DNA of 20,000 nt, from positions 2,278,701 to 2,298,700 of the forward strand of contig MU058718.1 in the NCBI GenBank assembly GCA_013265495.1, read 5' to 3'. Positions within the stretch are counted from its first letter, which is position 1; each line of letters begins with the position of its first letter. Shown here piece after piece: positions 12,071 through 20,000 of this stretch. The stretch is from Vicugna vicugna. Taxonomy: Eukaryota. The position numbers were made by a program, and so were the translations under genes. The notes beneath the pieces were generated by a model, which saw only the letters and a program-made list of their open reading frames with translations, was not told the origin of the DNA and searched no databases.

Positions 12071-12806
12071 GCTATCAGCTTAAATCAGTTTTCCGCTTCT
12101 TGTGACCAGTGCTTTAAAATAATGTTAAGATTCACTGCCATGAAGTCCTTCTGAAAAGTTATCCAGTCACTGTTTATATTACAGTTGATTCCATAGCAAT
12201 TTTTAATTATTCCTCATCTATAATTATTTTTATAAAATGATCTTTTTAAAATAAAGTATGTGCAAAGGATATTAATCAAATCTTCAAAAACAGAAAATGC
12301 TTTTAAATGTAAGGAAATATTTGTCTAAACAATGAAATAATCTGTATGTTCCAAAATTTTTTTCTGGAATGATTTGTAAGAAATAGTTACAGTTCTTTGG
12401 GATAAAGACAGGGGAAGAGAGGGAAGCAAGAGACGTTTTCACTTTAACTTGTACCTGTTTGTCTGTAATCTCATTGTACACAGTTATTTTTTAAAACCTC
12501 AACAAGGGTTAACAGGTAGTGAGATTATGGACCTTTTGTTTTTTTCCTATTAATACCTATCTTTATTTTAAACATAATAGCTTCTAAATGTAATATAAAT
12601 AGGAAAATGTCTAGTAATGACAAATGATATATCGAGTTTCTTAGACAGTGATGATAATAAAAAGCTAGCTTTGTGTAGATAAGGGAAACTGATGAAGCCT
12701 TCACTCCTACAAATTTATTTTTCAAAATAAAACATTTTCTAGTATATTCATGTGATGATACTGTATACCTGTTCATCTTTAACCCTTGATTATATCTTCC
12801 TCCCAG

Positions 12807-13075
12807 CCATTTTACCTGCTCAGGAATGGAAACCTCCTCTGCCTGCTTATGATTTTCTGAGCATGATGGACGCTGCAGCATCTCAGCATCCTCCCAAGAA
12901 GATTCCTGAGTGTACGAAGGAAACTGATGTGCAGGAAAATGATGGAGAACAGCCGGAAGAGAAATCTGCGATCAGAAATGAACCGATTGGAACATGGAGA
13001 ATAAAGCATTGGAGTAGAAGTAATTGGTTTGGAGAAGCCAAAAAATCATTTGTGTATGATAATAAAGAATTATGA
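12807..13075 (+). CDS. TXNDC16: TXNDC16 terminal coding exon: (T)ILPAQEWKPPLPAYDFLSMMD...SFVYDNKEL*
   Basis: Acceptor tcttcctcccAG|cc and TGA stop at 13073-13075. ILPAQEWKPPLPAYDFLSM is characteristic of TXNDC16. Ends in the KDEL-like ER-retrieval motif NKEL. Confidence 0.95.
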
Positions 13076-13187
13076 TGCTCAAAAGCCAGCTTGTTTTACA
13101 GGGCTGTGGAAAGCTTTCGAAAGTATTTTTGGCTTATTTGCCAGACTCGTTAAAAAAATAACACTGAATCATCTCAAGTTTCTTGAC

Positions 13188-13455
13188 CAGTGCTGTCCAA
13201 CAGAAAATAATATGAGCCATATATGTAATTTAGAATTTTAAGTAGCCACATTAGAAAAAGTAAAACTGAGCAGGTGTAATTAATTTTAATATATTTCATC
13301 CAGTAACTATACCCAAAGTAGTTCAATTAAGAAAAATTGAGATATTTTACATTCCTTTTTTCATATCAAGTCTTGAGCATCCAGTGCATATTTTACACTT
13401 CAAAATAGCCACATTTCAAGTGCTTAGTAGCCACGTGTGGTGTTAGCCAGCCCAG
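13188..13455 (+). mobile_element. MER33 (hAT-Charlie) in the 3' UTR
   Basis: Starts cagtgctgtccaacagaaa, contains tagccacattagaaaaagtaaaa, and ends tagccacatttcaagtgcttagtagccacgtgtgg. Confidence 0.85.
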
Positions 13456-13629
13456 CTCTAGACCATAACTGGTATAATTAATTTGACCTAGTTCTCACCA
13501 CAGAATATTTTGAACTAAAAGATAAAATGTACCTCTAGTTTAATCACAGTTGACTCCACAGTGGACTTACAGAGCTGGCAGTTGTTTTCTTGTTTGTTTT
13601 TTGTTTTGTTGTAGTCATAATGTTAAAAC

Positions 13630-13842
13630 CACTGTTTCTAAATCAGGGAACAATTTTGCCTCCCAGGGGACATTTAGCAATGTCAGGAGACATTTTTGAT
13701 CGTCATTACTGGGGTGTTAACTGGCATCTGGTAGGTAGAGGCCAGCTAAACACCCTGCAATGCACTGGACCACCCTCCCTGCCCCCAACACACACAACAA
13801 AGAATTATTCTGCCCAAGTGTCAACAGTGCCACGTCACCCTG
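13630..13842 (+). mobile_element. MER20 (hAT-Charlie) in the 3' UTR
   Basis: ttttgcctcccaggggacatttagcaatgtcaggagacattttt...ctggcatctggtaggtagaggccag...caacaaagaattattctgcccaagtgtcaacagtgcc. Confidence 0.9.
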
Positions 13843-13989
13843 TGTTAAACTAATCTGTGGCAGAGTGGTAAATTCATTTCTATAATATTTTCAAAAAGTA
13901 ATGAAATAACCCTAAAAAGGACACAGAGTGAGATAGATAAAATATCTATTCTCTTATATATGTTATATATAATCATTCTCATACATACA

Positions 13990-14183
13990 CAGTTGACCCC
14001 TTGAACAACACGAGTTTGAACTGCATGGTCCTACGTACATGCAGGTTTTTTTCACTAAATAATATGTACTGCAAGATCTGCGGTAGGTTGAATCTGGATG
14101 TGGAACCATGGATGTGAAGGGCGCAAAGTTGTTTGTTCAGGGGGTTGGCTCCCCTGAACTCCACATTAGTCAAGGGTCAACTG
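13990..14183 (+). mobile_element. Tigger2-derived MITE with both TIRs, in the 3' UTR
   Basis: Left TIR cagttgacc(c)cttga pairs with right TIR tcaagggtcaactg. Internal gaacaacacgagtttgaactgc matches the Tigger2a start. Confidence 0.85.
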
Positions 14184-14334
14184 AATGTTTCATTATAACA
14201 GATCATTTGCTCCTCCCAGTACCCCTTCTTCGATGTTTTTCCTGTAGCATGTCACGTGTATTGCAGTTCATTCTCATTTGTCTTTATTTCTTACATGGGA
14301 AATATGAGTGTGAACTCTAAATACAGTTTGTAGA

Positions 14335-14340
14335 AATAAA
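14335..14340 (+). terminator. Candidate polyadenylation signal (proximal)
   Basis: Canonical AATAAA with TGTA just upstream (tttgtagaaataaa). Confidence 0.4.
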
Positions 14341-14453
14341 ACATGATCAGTCTACCATTAACTACTACAAGCATATATAAAAGGTGAAACCAATTAGTCA
14401 TTGTACCATAGTCAGCAATTTTGACGGTTATTAATGTTCTTTTAATAATTTTA

Positions 14454-14459
14454 AATAAA
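14454..14459 (+). terminator. Candidate polyadenylation signal (distal)
   Basis: AATAAA in a U-rich context, with TGTA upstream at 14402 and a CA about 13 nt downstream. Confidence 0.55.
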
Positions 14460-15334
14460 GTATCTGGATTTCAGGCTACCTTTCAAAGCCTCCTTTGGCC
14501 TCTGTCATGCCCTCTATTGGACCACTGACCCTGCAGCAGTTGGATTTCTTTGGTTGCCAAGCAACAAAAATTCAACGTTGGTTAACTGAAGCAAAATGAG
14601 AATATTGGGTAATTCAGAGTTAGTTAGCAGAAACATTAAGCATGCTTTGAAAAGATAGGAACCAAACCTGTTTTGGGATCTATGTAGCAGGAAGTAATAG
14701 CTCAGTAATGAATCAGTTCCATCTATTTTTCTGTCTTTCATGAGTCAGGATGTGCTGGGAATGCTGGTTAGGAAAAGGCTAGGCACTTTAACTGGCAGCT
14801 CTAATCAGACTTTCACAATGCAGAAGAGGTGAACCTCACAAAAGAAATCTAGATTCTGTTTACTAGGAAAAGGGAGACTGAATGTGGAGAGCAAAAAAAC
14901 AACAAAGAAATGGAGAACTTGTGAATCCTTAAGACTCCATTTGCTGCTCTGCTGCATGTCCGTCGTATCCTTTCCAGGTGTTTCTACTACATTCCCCTGT
15001 CCTTTTCTGAGAGCTTCAAAAGCCCTGTCTCTACCCTCAAGTGGTCGTTGTTTTCTTCTATATCCCCTACTCCTCTGTAAGAGTTGGTGACCACTGCTTA
15101 AGTATATTCTCTATAACATCTCATTCCTCAGGAATCAGATTCTTTTACCTTCTCCTGCCTCACCTATGCTGGAAGGTAAACAGCCTTGGTCCATTGCTTG
15201 TGATGAAATACTCTATGGGCTGTTTTTCAAAATTCCTGGAGTTATTACCCAAGCTAATGCTTCCTTTAAAAACTAATTAAACTGTATGCACAGAACATTA
15301 AATTCAAAGATCAGTAAGTTCAAAGATTGTAGAA

Positions 15335-18300
15335 ACCTGCAAGAGAATGTTACTTCCATCCTAACAACAACAACAACAATCACTTTTCTAATACATATCA
15401 GAGAAGGCAGCCAAAGGAACCAAATTCCAGAGTGACAAGCCCCTTAAAGAAGAGACAGAATACATGAACTGTTTCACCATTGGCAGAGAATAGGAGTCTC
15501 CCGCGAAAGCAAGTAAGAAGAAACTTGGAAAGGTCTAAGTTTTACCCTATCTGCAAGTTATGTTAGCCTACCACAGTTTCTTAAATCAGAGACAAGGGAC
15601 TTTATTACCCACTCTAATAGTATTAATCAGAGTGTCAGTCTCTGTGCTGGTTCCCTGAACCCCAGTCCTACAGTGCAATGAGAAGGGCCCCATGACACCT
15701 CCACATGCAGTGGGTACCATTACAGGGAAGGAACCCTGAGCTCAGGGAACCTAAATATTTTATAATGGGTATTAAGCATGCCTGCCCTTTGCTCTGGAGG
15801 GAGACATCTTTATAATAGTAGGCAGTAATCTAGTGTGTCTTTCTTCTAGCAGGAGATGCTGTCTCTTTTCCTAGGCTGCAAAAGCAGTCCAGAACCAAGA
15901 TAGTGCCTCTTAGGAGCATAAGTCATGCATGAACACGAGAGGCCCGTGAAGAATCGTCTCCCAACAGAGATCAGCTAAAATTTTAAAGAATTCTTTAAGG
16001 GCCAAGTGTGGTCTAAAGTATTAGCTTAGAATAAGCGGGACCCTTGATATGACAAAAGTTCACATTCACCTGGGCGTTTTCTTTCCACTGGGTGCTGATG
16101 AGAACAACTGGGGCAGGAGCCTGATGAGAAGACGTCCCTAGGTGACGCAGGCAGGCAGCGGGGGATGTAACGATCTTGGTGACAGATGTGAAACACTGCC
16201 CACTTCCTCAGACCTTTCTCCTGTATGAGTGAAAGACAGTGACCACTTGGGGAGACAGAGCAAAGCTTCCTGCCTCTGGGGGAGGGGTAAATGCAAAGTT
16301 CTCTGGCCCCTGGGGAGAGCGAGAAAAACGTCTTGGGCTCAGGATCCCACACCAATCCCAAACAGAGGTCTACTCTCAGTGGGAGATGAGCAGTTGTGGG
16401 GCACAAGACGGTGGAATGACACAGGTGAGCAGGACTTGGAAGCTGAGGGTGGAGCAGGAAAACAGAACCTCTGTCACCCAGGTGTGATTCTAAGTACAAG
16501 GTGACAGCAGCCCATCTATGGAGGAACATGCAGACCATAGTATCCCAAAGGTAAAAATAATAAATATCCAAACCCATTTTTAGTGACTTGATTTACTCAG
16601 TGCCCCACACTAATGGCCAGGTGTAAATATTATCCATCTGCTTCAACTATTCTCTACAAGATGTGTGGCATTCAGTCAAAAATTCTAAGACTGAAAAAAA
16701 AATTAAGAGAAAACAATCCATTGTCAAGAGATGAAACAAATGACAGAATTAAACTCAGAGATGACCCAGATATTAGAATTTGTGGGACAGAGACTTTATG
16801 ATGAATGTGTTAAGGGATTTGCTGTAAAAATAAAAGGCAAGCTTCAACATACCTGCAGGAAATAGGCAACTAAATAATCATCAGTGCTAATTTGAAAAAA
16901 AACCAAAAAGAACTTTTAGAAATAAAAATACAATGACTAAGATTAAAAATTCAGATTAGACACAGCTGAAAAGAGAGGCAACCAGAGAATAGATGATAAA
17001 AAGTTATTCAAAATATGCTACAGAAAGACAAAAAGATGAAACATATAGAAAAGGGACTAAAGTCCAGGGAGATAAGTGAGAAAGATTAACATCTGTGTAT
17101 CAGGAGTTCCAGAAAGAAAGGAAAGAGAATGGGGACAGAGGTGCCAAATAAGGAGACAATTACTGAGGATTTTCCAGAATGGTGAAACATACCCATTCAC
17201 AAATTCAGGAAGCTTAGAAATTTCTAAACAGATTAAATAAAAAGCAATCCACACTAGACACAACAAAACTACAGAACATGAAAGGCAAAGAAAATCATAA
17301 AAGGTGGCAGAGAAAAAAGCCAGATGACATCCAAAATAGTGGCAGGTAGACAACAGGTAAACACCTGTTTATCTTCAAAAGACACCAGCGTATCTTCAAA
17401 AGGCTGAAAGGAAAATAATTGCTAACCCAGAATTTTACATCCAGTGAAAAGTTTCTGAAAAAAGGAGTAAGATACAGATATTTCAGACTGGCAGAGACGG
17501 AGTGGCCATTAGCAAAACAGGGAGATTCAGGATGTGTACTTCACGTGGAAGAAACGCTATCCCAGACGGGAGGGCAGAGAAGGAACAGGGCGTGAGGAGC
17601 CAAGTGATGAACACGTGGGCGGATCTGAATGAACACTGAGAGCATAAAACACTCATGAGTGTGAAATTTTAAAAAGTAAACACGATGCAATTAACATGTA
17701 CAACAACTATATATATATGTAGGGAAAGGAGTCAATAGAGTTAATGTATCCTAAGTTCCCTAGAAAATGGATAAAGTTATTAATTTTAACTTACGGCAAG
17801 CAGTAAATATATATTTTGTAATTTTTAGGATATCCACTAAAAAGATAAAAAAAACTTTCAAGCTATGAGAGGGAAAAATGTAATTATAAAAAAGAGTCAA
17901 AAGAAAAGAAAAGAAATGAAACAGAACAAGTGAGACAAATAGCACAAAATAAGACAGCAACTTCAACTGAAATGCCAGTAAACAAGTGCAAACAGACCGA
18001 CTATTCCAATTAAAAGATTGTCAGGCAGGATCAAAAAAGTCAGTTATAAAAATAAATTGCTCTTCACTCAAAAAAAGAAAATCAGTTATACAAAGTTTAC
18101 AGGAGATACATGTTAAACTTAAATATACAGAAAGTTTAAAAGTAACAGGACAGAAAAAAATACACCATTCAATTTCTAGGTGAGAGAAAGCTGGTCAGAT
18201 AAGATAACCTTAATGTCAGGTAAGACAGACATTAAGGCAAACAGTATTATTGAAGATAAAAGGTCACTTCATAATGAGAAAATGTTCAATTTGTCAGTAA

Positions 18301-18662
18301 GCTATGACAGTTGTAAATCTATAATCACCTAATAACAGATTCAAATTATAAGAAACAAAAGTTAATAGAAGTTCACAAATTACTATCGTATTAGATTAAG
18401 TACCTAAGTAATTAATAGAGCTAGCAGAAAAAGATAAGGAAAGTTATCAAAGATTTAAAGTGTCATTAATAAACGTAACCTAACTTCTTCTGACTGCAGA
18501 ATATACATTCTTTTCAAGCACACATGAAACATTTATAAAAACTAACATATGTCGAGCCATAGAGCCAGTCTTCAACAATCATTAAAGGACTAAAGTCATA
18601 CAGAACATGCTCTCTGACCACAGTGCAATTAATCTAAAAATAAATAACAAATTGATAACCAG
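15335..18662 (+). mobile_element. Decayed 5' portion of an ancient L1M: 5' UTR, ORF1 remnant at about 16700-17560, ORF2 endonuclease remnant at about 17950-18660; interrupted by an LTR
   Basis: A-rich + strand. ORF1-like ggagttccagaaag and aacccagaattttacatccagtgaaa. ORF2 EN-like cagaatatacattcttttcaagcacacatg and ctctctgaccacagtgcaattaa. No intact ORF. Boundaries approximate. Confidence 0.8.
15521..15966 (-). mobile_element. Solo LTR, ERVL class (LTR40-like; family assignment tentative)
   Basis: The minus strand begins TGTTGGGAGAC, with TATAAAA (15758-15764) and AATAAA (15601-15606) in the expected order. It ends near gggtaaaacttagacc. L1 sequence resumes on both sides. Confidence 0.75.
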
Positions 18663-19012
18663 ATATGTACAGTTAAGGAGCTGGGTATGCAAGTCTGAGA
18701 TTTAGATAAAAATCTGGGAGTCATATAGTTTATTAACAGCAAAACTTGGAATTAAACTTGAGTCTCCTTCATGTTCATTTAGTGGGATGACACCATATAG
18801 TGTTTTCTGCCCGTAATATTTCTTTTTGCACTGAGAATTAAATATATACAGTGCATCAAAATAATACTAAAATGGCCTGTTACTGGATTATTGAATAAGC
18901 ACAGAATTCAAACATCTCTCTCACTTAGAGGTGATTCATGTTCTAACACTTTACATCGTAGGTTGTAATTTCAGTCTTTTAAAATATACCTTATTTTTTA
19001 AAATAAGATGTT

Positions 19013-19437
19013 TTTTAAGACATTTTTTATTGAGTTATAGTCATTTTACAATGTTGTGTCAAATTCCAGTGTAGAGCAATTTTTCAGTTATACATGAACA
19101 TACATATATTCATTGTCACATTTTTTTCTCTGTGAGCTACCACAAGATCTTGTATATATTTCCCTGTGCTATACAGCATAATCTTGTTTACATATGCCTG
19201 TTAGTATCTACAAATTTTGAACTCCCAGTCGTCCCTTCCCACCCACTCCTCGGCAACCACAAGTTTGTATTCTATGTCTATGAGTCTGTTTCTGTTTTGT
19301 TCTTTTTTTAAATTATTTTTTTTTAGATTCCACATATGAGCGATCTCATATGGTATTTTTCTTTCTCTTTCTGGCTTACTTCACTTAGAATGACATTCTC
19401 CAGGAACATCCGTGTTGCTGCAAGTGGCGTTATGTTG
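19013..19437 (-). mobile_element. Relatively young 5'-truncated L1 3' UTR (camelid-type)
   Basis: ttttttattgagttatagtcattttacaatgttgtgtcaaattcc...tttagattccacatatgagcgatctcatatggtattttt. CpGs are retained. Imperfect flanking repeat tttaaaataag..atgtt on both sides. Confidence 0.85.
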
Positions 19438-20000
19438 TTTAAAAATAAGGTATGTTAATAGAAGCTTATCTAACATTTAGTTTGGATAACCCAGGGTCAA
19501 GTTCTTATACACGCCTCAAGAGCTATAAAACACCAGGTGTGGAATCTGTAGTCTTGTGAAATATTCCAGGTAGACCTCATGACTTACAGTAGGTGAAATT
19601 TCACGTCAGCCTTTTAATCAAATAAAGCACTCATTTCCTCTGACATTAGATAGAGTCTGAATTTTCTGTTTCTGATGTAGATACTTTATACAGTTATGAA
19701 ACCTAGTTTTGAAGAATTAATTTTCCTCACATTTAAACACATTTCTTTGTTAAAAATACAACATAACCCGTTACCCAGTTCTTTGTGCCATGAAACTCCC
19801 TCTAAGTATCTGGTTTCTTGAACTGAGAGTAACTAATGCATATAAATCTCTTCCCAAAGTTACCAAGATTGCACCCTAAGGACACATCAGCCCTAGATGG
19901 TCTTGATCAGTGTGAATGGTAAGTAAATTGCTAATGAGACACAAAGAAGGCAGGGTCATTCTTGTTTCTAAAGGTATTTATACTTGAGGGGAGGACGTGG

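Larger units (their letters stand above)
13076..14480 (+). other. TXNDC16: Putative TXNDC16 3' UTR
   Basis: Runs from the stop codon to just past the AATAAA hexamers at 14335 and 14454. The 3' end is inferred. Confidence 0.6.

Noticed and set aside
12525..13009. Antisense ORFs overlapping the terminal exon; likewise 9258-9615 and 4538-4726
   Set aside because: Shadow ORFs opposite real coding exons, with no independent support.
13073..13078. UGA-Cys as a selenocysteine motif in a thioredoxin-family gene
   Set aside because: The UGA falls exactly after a KDEL-like motif, TXNDC16 is not a known selenoprotein, and I could not identify a SECIS hairpin in the UTR.
16026..16577. Longest ORF in the window (183 aa, minus strand) and overlapping + ORFs
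   Set aside because: Lies in the GC-richer 5' UTR of a decayed L1, has no recognisable domain or splice context, and is most likely a chance ORF.
1..20000. Prokaryotic-type systems (CRISPR arrays, operons, defence islands)
   Set aside because: The sequence is a spliced mammalian locus with no regularly spaced repeat array or gene-dense ORF structure.

Overview
AT-rich mammalian genomic DNA, probably camelid judging by the tRNA-derived SINE and the young L1 3' end (inference). It contains the last five coding exons of TXNDC16 (ERp90, an ER PDI/thioredoxin-fold protein) on the + strand: 2790-2874, 4625-4763, 6723-6883, 9400-9590 and 12807-13075. All have canonical AG/GT sites and compatible phases, and they splice into about 281 C-terminal residues ending ...YDNKEL*. 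The roughly 1.4 kb 3' UTR is about half DNA-transposon sequence (MER33, MER20, Tigger2-type MITE), with AATAAA signals at 14335 and 14454. Introns and the downstream region are mostly old repeats (MIR, L1M), including a decayed 5' half of an L1 with a nested solo LTR. I see no convincing new biological system. The best lead is the stop codon: it exposes a KDEL-like motif and is followed by untranslated sequence matching the extension that, as I recall, masks this motif in human. Other leads are a candidate poison exon, an in-frame intronic ATG with a signal-peptide-like leader, coding-region poly(A) signals and a convergent LTR promoter. Repeat family names and human comparisons are from memory, not from searches.
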